Assembly: GCA_015655215.1 (NCBI GenBank)
Contig: JAATFL010000002.1
Coordinates: forward strand, 813-64,812
Reading direction: 5' to 3'
Source: Coriobacteriia bacterium
Lineage (GTDB): Bacteria; Actinomycetota; Coriobacteriia; Coriobacteriales; RUG033
DNA: 64,000 nt
Both the position numbers and the translations under genes were made by a program. Below are positions 1-10,523 of this stretch, in pieces; within the stretch, counting starts at the first letter, position 1; every line of letters begins with the position of its first letter. The notes beneath the pieces are model-generated. The model did not search any database and was not told the origin of the DNA. It saw nothing but the letters and a program-made list of their open reading frames with translations.

Positions 1-627
1 GAGAAGATGTCCGAAGAAGATACCGCAGAATGCGAAGATGAGACCGAGTTCGGCGGCGCCGTCCTCGAGGACGACCGTGAACATCGAGGGGTCCTTGGCC
101 CCTTTGATGAATGCGATCGGACCTTGCTCGCCACGCGCCTGGTTGAACTGTCGCAGTGCGATGGAAAGGGATGTCCCTTCGATGATGGCGCTGATGACGA
201 TCACGATATAGTTCACCGTCGGGTCACCCATCAGCTCACCGGGCACCACTGCGGCGATTGATTTCACACCCTCCATGATGGATATCCCACCGCCAAGGGC
301 GAAGATGAGCACGGCGACCACAAGGGTCCAGAAGTAGAGTTCCTTGCCGTAGCCGAAGGGATGTTCGGCATCGGCGGTACGAGACGCCCGCTTGAGGCCG
401 AAGAGTATGAGGATGCCGTTGCCCGAGTCGACGATCGAGTGCACACCTTCGGAAAGCATGGCAGATGAACCGGTGATGGCCGCCGCTATGAACTTGACGA
501 TGCCAATCGCGATGTTGCCGATGATGGCCGCGATCACCGACGTATGGGACTTGCTCGTGTGCTGTCCCTCTCCTCGGCTTTTCGTGGCGAGTGCTTCCCG
601 CGTGGTAGGTTGTGCGTCCTGAGACAC
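1..627 (-). CDS. Cation diffusion facilitator (CDF) family transporter, 3' end runs off the window
   Basis: Not in the ORF track because it is truncated. Manual translation from GTG at 627 (SD GGAAGG upstream): MSQDAQ...SVIAAIIGNIAIGIVKFIAAAITGSSAMLSEGVHSIVDSGNGILILFGLKRASRTADAEHPFGYGKELYFW. This carries the CDF signatures S-A-M-L-S-E-G-V-H-S and HPFGYG. Confidence 0.9.
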   Translation of the reverse strand, partial: MSQDAQPTTREALATKSRGEGQHTSKSHTSVIAAIIGNIAIGIVKFIAAAITGSSAMLSEGVHSIVDSGNGILILFGLKRASRTADAEHPFGYGKELYFWTLVVAVLIFALGGGISIMEGVKSIAAVVPGELMGDPTVNYIVIVISAIIEGTSLSIALRQFNQARGEQGPIAFIKGAKDPSMFTVVLEDGAAELGLIFAFCGIFFGHLL

Positions 628-940
628 GTCGTGTCCTTCCCCTTCGCCGAGTGTTCACAGCCATTCTATACGATTTCCAGAGATGAACTCTGGTCATCCG
701 CCTGCCGTGCGGCTATGGGATAATCCATCTCGGCGAAGTCGGTTGGCTGCGACTGGTAAACGTTTGGTTGCACAGGTGGAGATCTGGACCATTCATGATG
801 TGAATGCAATATCAAGGAATCCATATCAAACTACCATCTTATCGTCAGCCATGCCAAGCAGACAGTGCCGTTGTGGCAGGTTAACCAGGCCAACAGATGG
901 TGAAGTGGTGCAGATTTCCGGTACATCATGCGCGCTTGGT

Positions 941-1087
941 GTTCTGTAACTACCGGCACATGGCCGCAACGGGCATCATGTCCAGAGAAGCCTGTCCGTC
1001 TCCTAAAACACGGTGAGGGCTCACGTGTTTTGCATTTACGCGAGACTCGACGCGCATACGCAGCAGAAAATAATTGACACGATGGAG
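941..1087 (+). pseudogene. Decayed LuxR-type HTH remnant
   Basis: One frame reads VL*LPAHGRNGHHVQRSLSVS*NTVRAHVFCIYARLDAHTQQKIIDTME. It is colinear with the intact LuxR C-termini in this window (e.g. EVMELIARSNSVPMIAEELVVSENTVRTHSKRIYTKLGIHKKQELVNLIE). In-frame TAA codons sit at 947 and 1004. Confidence 0.7.
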
Positions 1088-1177
1088 AACGACCGGTCTC
1101 GGATAGAAGACTGGGTCATGCTCAACATCAGGCACGTTCTCTCTGGGGCGTATCCGTACGTGCTCTTGATGGGGGTA

Positions 1178-2656
1178 TCACGTCCGGGTTGCTTTCTGAT
1201 TCCAAAGTGAATCGCTGTCAACCAGATCTATGAGTTCCTGCTTGGAATGTACGCTAAGTTTCTTGTAGAGGTTTTTCGCATGTGTTTCCACTGTGCTTTT
1301 TGAGAGGAACAGCTCATCTCGTATGAAGGGAAACGAGCGACCGCGCGCCAAGAGTGCGAACACCTCCGTCTCACGCTTAGAGAGACCGTATTTCTGGGCA
1401 GTTTGCATGATGCGGTCTTGAAGGGTACTTCTCGTGGTACTCGATTCCATTACGGAATCATCGGTTCCGTTGTCGATAAGCTGCTCAAATGATTCCTGTT
1501 GGTTGAGCACGAACATGATGACGATGACCAAGAGTGCTACGAGGATGAGGCAAACAGTCGATTGTGAGGTCGATTGCTCCCAAACCGATCGTAAAGCGGG
1601 AATACCGAGAAGACTGCCTGATGTGACACCAATCTGCACGAAGCCGCGACTGACTCCCATAAGGACGGTAGCGTTATATAGGCCCTTATGAGCGACGGTG
1701 GCGAAGTAAATCCAGATCATGATGTCGAAGGCGATTTGCGCGATGATGATGAGCACGTAGGCAATCTCATCCATGAGGGGATTTGCGGTTGTGAGCAGCA
1801 GGAGCGCACACACAAGCACGGGGAGCATCCACCGGTAGATGAAGAAGAGGTTAAGACGGCGTGCATAGAAGATTGACATGATGGAGAGGATGGCACCAAA
1901 GATCGCTCCAACAAGGTAGGGGAGTTCAAGACCCTGTCCTAGCTGCTGGAATGAAGAGAAGGATATGAGAGACCAGCCAAAGCCGATGACGACGTAAATC
2001 ATGATTGATCCAAGCCCTACGCGGAAGAAGTCTGACCAGCGGATGTTCGATTTCCCAAGGGGCATGACATCGACCGGCTTCTTGAAGTCCTCTTCCGAGA
2101 GGGATCTGATGAGCAAAAAACCTGACAACAAAGGAAGGAGGCAGACGGCGATTCCTCCCACTGGGTAAATCAGGTTGGAAACGAGGAAAAGTGAGGCTAC
2201 CACGAGTACGGCGCAGCTTGGTATGACTACCTCGATACGTTCAGCGTCGAAGCGTGAGTGGAACTCGCCCCACATGATCCAGAGCCATCCTGCCCCAACG
2301 CCGGTGATGAGGGCTCCGGCGAGGAAGACGGAGTCGGACAATAGGTTTTGGGTGGGGTAGGGGATGAAGAGTGTGGCTGTCCCTGCAGACATGATAAGCG
2401 GTGCGACGAAGTGCATGGTTCTAAACGATTCGAGTGTTCGCCCTAGGTGCTTGATGGCTAAAGGAGTGAAAAGCATGGTGGCCATGACGGTTACACAGGA
2501 AAGAATCCAGGAGATACTCGCGTTGACGCCAATGCCCTGCCTACTCACAAAAATGGCTGGGGAAAACCACAAACAATAAATCCATGCCCAGAGAAAACCT
2601 AGGCCCAGATACCTGAACCTACATAGTTGGAAAAATCGGTCGAGCGCTTCCTCCAT
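1178..2656 (-). CDS. Multi-transmembrane LuxR-family transcriptional regulator (LuxR-1)
   Basis: About 12 hydrophobic segments, then C-terminal HTH LSKRETEVFALLARGRS...LSKSTVETHAKNLYKKLSVHSKQELID. Divergent from a flavoprotein gene. Confidence 0.92.
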   Translation of the reverse strand: MEEALDRFFQLCRFRYLGLGFLWAWIYCLWFSPAIFVSRQGIGVNASISWILSCVTVMATMLFTPLAIKHLGRTLESFRTMHFVAPLIMSAGTATLFIPYPTQNLLSDSVFLAGALITGVGAGWLWIMWGEFHSRFDAERIEVVIPSCAVLVVASLFLVSNLIYPVGGIAVCLLPLLSGFLLIRSLSEEDFKKPVDVMPLGKSNIRWSDFFRVGLGSIMIYVVIGFGWSLISFSSFQQLGQGLELPYLVGAIFGAILSIMSIFYARRLNLFFIYRWMLPVLVCALLLLTTANPLMDEIAYVLIIIAQIAFDIMIWIYFATVAHKGLYNATVLMGVSRGFVQIGVTSGSLLGIPALRSVWEQSTSQSTVCLILVALLVIVIMFVLNQQESFEQLIDNGTDDSVMESSTTRSTLQDRIMQTAQKYGLSKRETEVFALLARGRSFPFIRDELFLSKSTVETHAKNLYKKLSVHSKQELIDLVDSDSLWNQKATRT

Positions 2657-3015
2657 AAAGGCATCGTCTCTCTTTCGAATGGTGGAAAGTCGATTGTGGA
2701 TGATGATCCAGGCGATAGAAGGCCTGCGTCAGCCAGTATATCGAAACTCTCTTCCCACGGATCATTGTAAGAGATGAAGAGGGTGACACGGTTTTTGCAG
2801 GTAGATATGCCCATCTCACATCAATGATGGGAACTAGGTGGGTTGGTCGAACTGGCGATGGGAAGCGTTGTACGGACCCTCCCATCTCAGTGGTCATTCC
2901 GTAGACCGCATTGTTGCACGATGTTCGAGATTCGGTTCCTCCATTAAGGTACATGAGCAGGTCGGCTAACCAAACCGATGCTGACCGTCCGGTAAAAATG
3001 GGAAAAGGAGTAACG

Positions 3016-4617
3016 ATGAGCTTGCACGTCAAGGGTGCCATGGACAGGAGAAGCTTCATAGCGGCAGCGGCAGTGGGTGCATTGGGTATCGTTGGGACCG
3101 GTGCCCTGGGCGGATGCAGTTCCTCAAGCGCACAGGAAAGCGGGTCATCGAAACAGACATACAACATCACCGACACTCGCGATGTGGATGTTGTGGTTGT
3201 GGGAAGCGGTGGAACCGGTTGCTCGGCTGCGTTTCGTGCCGCAGAGTTGGGTCTTAACGTTGTTCTTGTCGAGAAGCAAGCGTCAACCGGAGGTACTTCG
3301 AGGTGCTCCGAGGGTCTCTTCGCCATTGGCTCTTCAATCCAGAAGGCACTTGGTGTTGAAATCTCCGAACAGCATATCATCTCAGAGGCGATGGACTACC
3401 ATCACTGGATCCCCGATACCGACCTCTACCAAACCTACTTCAGCGCCAGTGCGGCCAACGTCGAGTGGATGATCGGCAATGGCATTGAATTCGAGACGGT
3501 CACGAGTCTGGGTACCAGTGCGCAGACATGGCATGTTTATAAGACAGATGCGAGTGGTTTACCTGGCAACCTGTACATGCAGACCTGGGCCAAGATCGTT
3601 GCAGACAAGGGTGTTGAGATCGTCACGAATACAACGGGTAGTGAAATTGAGATGGATAACGGCAAGGTGGCTGGGCTTATATGTGACTCCGGCGATGGAA
3701 CGTATCTTGAGGTGAAGGCCAAGGCGATCATCCTGGGTACGGGCGGGTATTCCGATGACGCCGATATGGTCGTCGCCCTCTCTGGATATGATAGAAATCG
3801 ATTCTCTCCATCGGGCATGGGGGGTCGAACCGGTGATGGCATCACCATGGCACAGTCTGTCGGTGCTGCACTTGCGCCATTTCCGGGGACCGTCATGTTC
3901 TACGGGGGCAAGCTTCCTGGTACCACATTTGGACAGGACATATTTGCAGCGACATCGTTTGAGCCTTTGCTCTGGGTCAACCAGGACGCGAAACGCTTCT
4001 GCAACGAGATGGTTAGCGAGAATAACTTCTCCTATTCGGGCAACTCGCAAATCAAGCAGAAACGAGTGGTCTCTATACTGACCAAGGCCCAGATGGACCA
4101 GTTCGTGAACGAAGGCTCCATATTTGGCTGTGCTCAGTACATCGCCCGTGGTCAAAAGCTTACGAAACTTTGGGATCAGTACAATGCGTTGGTGAGCGGG
4201 GGCAGCACGGACGTGTACCAAGCCGATAGCATTGCAGGGCTTGCCGAGCAGGCTGGTCTCGATGCCGACGCTCTCCAGACTACCGTCGATGAGTATAATG
4301 ATTACTGCGACACCGGCGTCGACCTTGAGTTTGAGAAGGATTCGCAGTACCTTCTTCCCGTTGAGGAGGGGCCCTTCTACGGATTCAACCTGGAGGTAGG
4401 GTACTTCACGACAGTTGGTGGCCTCAAAGTGGACACGAAGGCCGAGGTGCTTGACAGTGCCGGTGACCCCATTCCCGGTTTGTATGCCGGTGGATGCGAT
4501 GCTGGTGGTTTGTATGGTGACAGCTATGATGTCACCATCTGTGCTGGTTCACAGCAGGGCTGGGCAGTGCATACCGGGAAAACGGCAGCTGAAAGTGCGG
4601 CAGCCTATCTCGGCTGA
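3016..4617 (+). CDS. Tat-exported lipoprotein FAD-dependent oxidoreductase (FAD_binding_2 / flavocytochrome c flavin subunit family), FP-1
   Basis: SD AAGGAG at 3005-3010 before ATG 3016. Twin-arginine DRRSFI, lipobox ALGGC, FAD motif VVVGSGGTG...EK, C-terminal TTVGGL...IPGLYAGG. Confidence 0.9.
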   Translation: MSLHVKGAMDRRSFIAAAAVGALGIVGTGALGGCSSSSAQESGSSKQTYNITDTRDVDVVVVGSGGTGCSAAFRAAELGLNVVLVEKQASTGGTSRCSEGLFAIGSSIQKALGVEISEQHIISEAMDYHHWIPDTDLYQTYFSASAANVEWMIGNGIEFETVTSLGTSAQTWHVYKTDASGLPGNLYMQTWAKIVADKGVEIVTNTTGSEIEMDNGKVAGLICDSGDGTYLEVKAKAIILGTGGYSDDADMVVALSGYDRNRFSPSGMGGRTGDGITMAQSVGAALAPFPGTVMFYGGKLPGTTFGQDIFAATSFEPLLWVNQDAKRFCNEMVSENNFSYSGNSQIKQKRVVSILTKAQMDQFVNEGSIFGCAQYIARGQKLTKLWDQYNALVSGGSTDVYQADSIAGLAEQAGLDADALQTTVDEYNDYCDTGVDLEFEKDSQYLLPVEEGPFYGFNLEVGYFTTVGGLKVDTKAEVLDSAGDPIPGLYAGGCDAGGLYGDSYDVTICAGSQQGWAVHTGKTAAESAAAYLG

Positions 4618-4656
4618 CTCGGGCCAGATATCAACAATGGATCTTTCCCTTCCCAA

Positions 4657-4690
4657 ATGGTCGCCGTCAGGAGTATCTGATGGCGGCCAT
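4657..4690 (+). terminator. Stem-loop after FP-1
   Basis: ATGGTCGCCGTCAG-gagtat-CTGATGGCGGCCAT, a 14-bp stem with G:U pairs and no strong U-tract. Confidence 0.5.
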
Positions 4691-5213
4691 AGAGGCGGAT
4701 GGTCAAGAACTCCGCCCCGGTTTTTGAGACCGCAGAAGGGGATCGTCTGATGGATTTGAGCGTCTCGTCGATGTCGAGTCCGCCAAGTCGTGCGAGTAGT
4801 TTCTCAATCGTACCAGCCTTGGTGCACGTCTTGTCCCAGGATGCAATCTCCTCTGCGAGCGAGAGGAGCACGATGCCGTTTGCTCGGTTTACCACCTCGG
4901 GAAACGTGGCCATTTACCGTAGATGTTGGCGTACCCCGTGTCCCAGATGGTATAGAGAGTCTTGTCTGAAAGGCCGAGGATTGCATTTTCTGCATCTTCG
5001 ATACCCTATCTCATTAAACTTCGTATCGTCTCTCTCCCAATCGAACGATGGGTATGTCCCTCGCATCTGAGCCTTCGTATTTTAGTACGGGATGCTTTCG
5101 ATGATGGAGGCCATGCGTCTTTACCCACACTGCACGGGACGTGCTATATTCCTCGTCAACGGGGCGGGTATCCCATCTCTGATGAACTTGCGGGCCAGGA
5201 GAGGAGGTAGGAA

Positions 5214-5663
5214 ATGAAGAAGGCGACAGTCACCGCGTTGATCTTGGTTTTGATCCTTTCGATCTCAGGGTGTTCGGATGGTGCAAGCTGGGATACGAGC
5301 AGGATGGAAAAGGGTATCGACATATCTGGCATGACGAGCAAGGCCGTATCTGCCGTGCTCGAGGAAGTGGTCGTTACATCGGATCCCCAAATCTTGACGT
5401 TAATGCTGACCAACCACACGGCGGAAGAACTGGGCTATGGTCTTGAACCACATCTCGAAGTCCAAGTCGAAGGCGAGTGGTACGTGGTTCCCACGAAGGA
5501 GGGAACCGGTGTCATGGCGATCGGAATCTTGCTGCCACCTTATGGAACGAATGAGTATGATGTGAATCTCAATGACTATTATGGAGACTTGAAGGCAGGC
5601 CACTATCGGTATCTCAAAACCTTCACCGATGGAATCGTCGGTGTTGAATTCGACATCGAGTGA
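5214..5663 (+). CDS. Lipoprotein, probable immunoglobulin-like fold
   Basis: SD GGAGG. Signal MKKATVTALILVLILSISGC with lipobox. Beta-rich body (LTLMLTNHT...LEVQVEGEWY...GHYRYLK...VEFDIE). Confidence 0.75.
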   Translation: MKKATVTALILVLILSISGCSDGASWDTSRMEKGIDISGMTSKAVSAVLEEVVVTSDPQILTLMLTNHTAEELGYGLEPHLEVQVEGEWYVVPTKEGTGVMAIGILLPPYGTNEYDVNLNDYYGDLKAGHYRYLKTFTDGIVGVEFDIE

Positions 5664-5743
5664 TGAGTTTGAGAAGGATGCGAACCATCCTGAAGACGGT
5701 ATGAACGTTAGGTCGAAGACTCAGGTTACCAATCTAGTCTCAC

Positions 5744-5785
5744 TTGATGTTTATTCATACACAGTATAGTATAAATAGAATAAAC
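5744..5785 (+). promoter_or_regulatory. Sigma70-type promoter overlapped by an inverted repeat
   Basis: TTGATG (5744-49)-N17-TAGTAT (5767-72). Inverted repeat GTTTATTC (5749-56) / GAATAAAC (5778-85) in an AT-rich patch. Confidence 0.55.
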
Positions 5786-5884
5786 GTATCAGCTGTGGGT
5801 GACTATTCTAACAACGAGAATGTACTACAACTGACGTGCTACCCAAAATCCGTATGAAAACATGAGCGTATGGATGGAGGCGAC

Positions 5885-6112
5885 ATGAGGTATCCGGCAG
5901 AATACAAGATCGTAATCATCGAGGGTCTTCCATATATGGCCGGCGCAGAGCGCTCGGTCCACATACATGGCACTATGGCCGGTAGCTGGACTTTGCGCAC
6001 TCGGGCGAAGGGGGGCGATAAGTCTGCAACTACCCGAAAGACCCGTGGGGGACCCATGTCACAAACGGGTCGAGCGAACGCACGATTCCTCTGCGGTCGA
6101 GGATGTTCATGA
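5885..6112 (+). CDS. Small hypothetical protein (possibly truncated gene)
   Basis: GGAGG at 5876-80 before ATG 5885, downstream of a good promoter. No recognisable motif. Confidence 0.3.
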   Translation: MRYPAEYKIVIIEGLPYMAGAERSVHIHGTMAGSWTLRTRAKGGDKSATTRKTRGGPMSQTGRANARFLCGRGCS

Positions 6113-6190
6113 TTCTCAGGAGTAGCTTGGAAGATGGACCGACCGGTATGGTAAAGACGGTGTCGCGTCACGACAGCGAGGAGACTGCAA

Positions 6191-7906
6191 ATGGCTGAGA
6201 AGAACATGCAAGAGGGCCAGGGATCGACAGACAACCCGATGGAGAAGAATGGAGTCGGCGAACCGCTGCCCAGCAGGAACGATACGAAAGGGGAGCACCC
6301 CCTCCTCACCGACGAGTCTGGTGTCCCGGTCAGCAACAACCAGGACACGATGACATCCGGAAAACGCGGGCCTGTCGTGCTACAGGATGTATGGTATCTC
6401 GAGAAGCTCGCCCACTTCGATCGCGAGGTGATCCCGGAAAGACGCATGCATGCGAAGGGGTCAGGTGCTTTCGGCACGTTCGTAGTCACCCACGACATCA
6501 CGCGATACACGAAGGCGAAGGTGTTTTCCGAGGTCGGTAAGAAAACCGAGATGTTCGCGCGCTTCTCCACCGTCGCTGGCGAGCGAGGCGCTGCGGATGC
6601 CGAACGGGACCTACGGGGCTTTGCCCTCAAGTTCTATACCGAGGAGGGCAACTGGGACCTGGTCGGCAACAACACGCCGGTATTCTTCTTCCGTGACCCC
6701 TTGAAGTTTCCCGATCTCAACCATGCGATCAAGCGTGACCCCCGCACCAACATGCGGAGCCCCAACACCAACTGGGATTTTTGGACCTCTCTCCCCGAGG
6801 CCCTCCTCCAGGTCACCATCGTCATGGGCGACCGTGGCGTTCCCTCCTCCTATCGACATATGCACGGATTCAGCAGTCATGCCTACAGTTTCATAAACGA
6901 TGATGGCAATCGCGTCTGGGTGAAGTTCCACTTCCGCTCCCAACAGGGAATATTGAACCTCACCGATCAAGAAGCCGCACGGGTGGTCGCTACCGACAGG
7001 GAGAGCCACCAGCGGGATCTGTACGAGGCCATCGAGAAGGGCATGTATCCCACGTGGAAGATGTACGTGCAGATCATGACCGAAGAGCAAGCCGATGCGA
7101 TGGATGACAATCCGTTCGACTTGACGAAGATGTGGCACAAACGGGATTATCCCTTGCTCCCGGTGGGCGAGTTCGAACTCAATCGCAATCCCGCGAACTA
7201 CTTCGCTGATGTCGAGCAGGCCGCCTTCAACCCGGCTCACGTCGTACCCGGTATAAGCTTCTCGCCGGATCGCATGCTTCAGGGAAGGCTTTTCACCTAT
7301 GGGGATACGCAACGGTATCGCCTGGGAGTCAACGCCGATCAGATCCCGGTCAACTCGCCACGTGGCGTCGCCCATCCCCATAGCTTCCATCGTGATGGGC
7401 GGATGCGTGTAGACGGGAATCGCGGAAGCGAACTCTCCTATGAGCCCAATAGCTATGGCAACTGGGACGAGACCCCGGAGACCAACGTGCCAATCGACAA
7501 GACGGGGGGCGATATCTATCACTATGACTACCGGAGTGACGATAGCGATTATTACACTCAGCCCGGAGAGCTCTTCCGAGCGATGACCCCAGACCAGCAA
7601 CTCGTCCTCTTCGAGAACACCGCGCGCAATATGGCTGATTCGACCTTGCAGATCAAGCATCGCCATATCTCCCATTGCCATCAGGCCGACCCGGCATACG
7701 GAGAAGGGGTTGCCGACGCTTTGCATATCGCAATCGACACGGTCGACCTCGACTTGCCGGAGAGCACTTCGCGAGAGGGTAACCACATGGCCAACAACGC
7801 ACACCCGGAACTTAACCGGCCAACCACGGCAGTCGATTCGGGAAGGGAGATCGACACGAACGGAAGCCTGTACATCGACCCAGAGGATGACCCGTGGCTG
7901 TTGTGA
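6191..7906 (+). CDS. katA: Monofunctional heme catalase
   Basis: [17 protein letters not shown] (distal His), [42 protein letters not shown] (proximal Tyr). Confidence 0.97.
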   Translation: MAEKNMQEGQGSTDNPMEKNGVGEPLPSRNDTKGEHPLLTDESGVPVSNNQDTMTSGKRGPVVLQDVWYLEKLAHFDREVIPERRMHAKGSGAFGTFVVTHDITRYTKAKVFSEVGKKTEMFARFSTVAGERGAADAERDLRGFALKFYTEEGNWDLVGNNTPVFFFRDPLKFPDLNHAIKRDPRTNMRSPNTNWDFWTSLPEALLQVTIVMGDRGVPSSYRHMHGFSSHAYSFINDDGNRVWVKFHFRSQQGILNLTDQEAARVVATDRESHQRDLYEAIEKGMYPTWKMYVQIMTEEQADAMDDNPFDLTKMWHKRDYPLLPVGEFELNRNPANYFADVEQAAFNPAHVVPGISFSPDRMLQGRLFTYGDTQRYRLGVNADQIPVNSPRGVAHPHSFHRDGRMRVDGNRGSELSYEPNSYGNWDETPETNVPIDKTGGDIYHYDYRSDDSDYYTQPGELFRAMTPDQQLVLFENTARNMADSTLQIKHRHISHCHQADPAYGEGVADALHIAIDTVDLDLPESTSREGNHMANNAHPELNRPTTAVDSGREIDTNGSLYIDPEDDPWLL

Positions 7907-8007
7907 GACCTCTGCGCGAGCGATGCCACGGCTCCATGCGCTAAACGGGACTTCGTGAACAGACTATGTCTCCTCACCATATGGGGTACGATACTGGGAG
8001 GCAAGGC

Positions 8008-8045
8008 AGGGCCAATCCCGGTATCACGCTGCCGGGATTGGCCCT
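8008..8045 (+). terminator. Intrinsic terminator-like hairpin after catalase
   Basis: AGGGCCAATCCCGG-N10-CCGGGATTGGCCCT, a perfect 14-bp stem. Confidence 0.65.
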
Positions 8046-8264
8046 TATACCCATCTCCAATTTCGACACCTTCCCGTCGACAAACATCCTCACGTTCTCG
8101 GTCGAGTGCCGATCTTCTCTTGACCTCTCCCTGAAGTTTCTAAGCTGCCAGCTGTGACCTTCCCGACGTCGCTGTCGTACAGTCGTCCAAGGAGGGCATC
8201 GCGTGAGACACATGCCCTCATCGGACCGCAAGACGGACACGTCACGAGGCGAGGGGTAGGGATC

Positions 8265-8612
8265 ATGAAGAAAGCAGGCGGTATCATCGCGATCATCGCA
8301 GGAGTATTCGGCGTCGTCGCAGCCATTTCGACGCTTCTCATCGGAGGGGTGGGATCGGCTCTGGGGGGTGATGGCGCCACGATGGTCATCGGGCTCGGGT
8401 GGGGTGGTATCCTCTTCTCGTTCATCGCGATCATCACCGGCGCCATCTGCATCGGTGCGCATGGCAAGGCGCCGAGCGTCATCCTCATCATCGCCTCTGT
8501 GTGCGGCATCGTTCTTGGCGGCACCTTCGTGGCCGTGTTCATGGTGCTCTCCCTCGTCGCGGGGGTGCTTGCGCTCCTCGGCGTCTCAAGGGAACTCAAG
8601 CAAGGTGCGTGA
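8265..8612 (+). CDS. Small integral membrane protein (about 4 TM)
   Basis: ATG 8265 after GAGGGG. Almost entirely hydrophobic/Gly-rich. Confidence 0.75.
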   Translation: MKKAGGIIAIIAGVFGVVAAISTLLIGGVGSALGGDGATMVIGLGWGGILFSFIAIITGAICIGAHGKAPSVILIIASVCGIVLGGTFVAVFMVLSLVAGVLALLGVSRELKQGA

Positions 8613-8701
8613 GCCGAACCAGCCCGATGCCTGGGGCATGATATCTGGGAGACCTCTGTGCTACCATCACACCCAACGCTCGACGAGAAGGGGTGTGTGC
8701 C

Positions 8702-9139
8702 ATGATACAGGAGCGTTTGACATCCGAGGTGCTACGGGAACTGCTGGCATCGGACAGCGCGGGGAGCTTCATCGGAACCCATGACTTTGCCGATCTGGAC
8801 CTCTCATCGTACCTCGCCCGGCTTCTACGGGAGAAGGGCCTGCGCAAGAGCGAGGTCATCCGTGCGTCCGATCTCAACGAGACCTTTGCCTATCAGATAT
8901 TCTCCGGTAGTCGCCACTGCAAACGTGACAAGGCGCTGCAGTTGGCCTTTGCGATGCGCCTCACCCTCGATGAAACCAGGCGCCTTCTCTATTATGCAGG
9001 AGCGAGCCCGCTCTATTGCAAGAGTCGGCGCGACGCCATCATCATCTACAGCCTCGTGCACGGGTACACGCTCTACGAGGCTGAGTGCGAATTGTATCGC
9101 TTCGACGAGGACACGATCAACAACCCCGAGCTTGACTGA
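8702..9139 (+). CDS. XRE-family HTH transcriptional regulator
   Basis: LLREKGLRKSEVIRASDLNETFAYQIFSGSRHCKRDKALQLAFAM HTH. Its stop overlaps the kinase start. Confidence 0.8.
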   Translation: MIQERLTSEVLRELLASDSAGSFIGTHDFADLDLSSYLARLLREKGLRKSEVIRASDLNETFAYQIFSGSRHCKRDKALQLAFAMRLTLDETRRLLYYAGASPLYCKSRRDAIIIYSLVHGYTLYEAECELYRFDEDTINNPELD

Positions 9140-10395
9140 TGGGTATGGATGCGACGCTCGACGAGGCTCTTTCCAACCTAGAGGTCGATGGACGCTATTC
9201 GTGTATCGAGACGCTCAAGGAGAGTGCCAGCGAGACCACCCAGCTCGTCGCCTCTCCCGAGGGTGTCCGGTACATCCGCAAGTACCTCACCGGTGAGAAT
9301 CTGGGGGATGGGTATCGCGCGCTCGCGTCAATCCAATCTCTCCACCTACCTCGAGTCGTCGCTCGTTATGACCTATCGGATACGAAGGTCGTCATCCTGA
9401 CCTACAAAGAGGGTCTCGCCCTGCGCGATTACGTGAAGGAGCGGGGCCCGCTTGCCGCCGAGCAGGCGATTGGGCTGGCGTGCGATGTGGCGCATGCGCT
9501 CATCGCGTTGCACACACGGGGCCCTTCCCCGGTTGTTCATCGCGATGTCACACCCTCGAACGTGATCGTCTCAACGTGGGGGAGAGCGTCCCTTATCGAT
9601 CTGGGCATCGCCCGTGAGGTGAAGATGGGAGTACATCACGATACCCAGATACTGGGAACGCAGGGGTATGCCGCCCCCGAGCAACTGGGGTTTGCCCAAA
9701 GCGATGAGCGTACCGACGTATATGCCCTCGGTCCACTGCTGTACTTCATGCTCACCGGAGAGGACCCACGGCAGGATATCAGGGATAGGCTCCTCGTCGA
9801 TGTCCGGGTGTCCGATGGCCTACGGACGGTCATACGTCGATGCACCGAGTATGAGCCTTCTCGACGGTATCAAAGCGCGGAGGAGTTTCTCGTAGCGCTC
9901 GACTCTCCCCAACTGTCACAGCCGCAGCCGGGGGAGATCTCGGCGCGTGCATTCGCCACGTCAAAGCCGGCTCCATCCTCTTCACCTCCCGCGGTCTTGC
10001 CTGTGTCAAAGCCATCCGCTGGACACCCTATCCTCTCACGAGGGGTTCGCGGTCTCATCCATCGCGTGTTTTCGATAGGTGGGGCGATCGTCTGCGTACC
10101 CTTCTGCATCGTGGGTTTGATGATGCCCTGGATGGGCAATGCCTCACCGACGACCGGCGACCTCATCGTCAACATCATCTCCGACTGGTCGGTGGTCTTC
10201 CTGCTCTTCGCACCGTCGTACCTCCTACTGTGCAACCCCTTCGATTGGATGAGCAAGGTCCGGTTGTATCGAAGGAAGCGTTTGCGGAGGGTGCTTCTGA
10301 CCTTTGCCATATGCTTTGCCGCGCTCTTTCTCCTGATAGGCATATCGAGTCAGTTCTACAGTCCCCAGCACCTTGCCGTATCGTCAAGTCGCTGA
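9139..10395 (+). CDS. Hanks-type Ser/Thr protein kinase with C-terminal membrane segments
   Basis: VVHRDVTPSNVIV catalytic loop, IDLGIAR, GTQGYAAPEQ, DVYALG. Pro-rich linker then about 3 TM helices. Alternative start 9145. Confidence 0.9.
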   Translation: MGMDATLDEALSNLEVDGRYSCIETLKESASETTQLVASPEGVRYIRKYLTGENLGDGYRALASIQSLHLPRVVARYDLSDTKVVILTYKEGLALRDYVKERGPLAAEQAIGLACDVAHALIALHTRGPSPVVHRDVTPSNVIVSTWGRASLIDLGIAREVKMGVHHDTQILGTQGYAAPEQLGFAQSDERTDVYALGPLLYFMLTGEDPRQDIRDRLLVDVRVSDGLRTVIRRCTEYEPSRRYQSAEEFLVALDSPQLSQPQPGEISARAFATSKPAPSSSPPAVLPVSKPSAGHPILSRGVRGLIHRVFSIGGAIVCVPFCIVGLMMPWMGNASPTTGDLIVNIISDWSVVFLLFAPSYLLLCNPFDWMSKVRLYRRKRLRRVLLTFAICFAALFLLIGISSQFYSPQHLAVSSSR

Positions 10396-10523
10396 TCGGA
10401 CCGTCGGAGAAGGTCATCCGGGTTTACTGAGCTGGCAGCTAATGAACCTTCTCCGGCGCATGCTTATGTTTCGTGGTGACAGGTCTATCGACAGGCACCA
10501 ACACGAAACCTCGGGGGCGCATC

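Noticed and set aside
3016-4617. Calling FP-1 (or FP-2/FP-3) fumarate reductase or ketosteroid dehydrogenase
   Set aside because: The catalytic His/Arg motifs of fumarate reductase are absent. Nothing visible supports a specific substrate.
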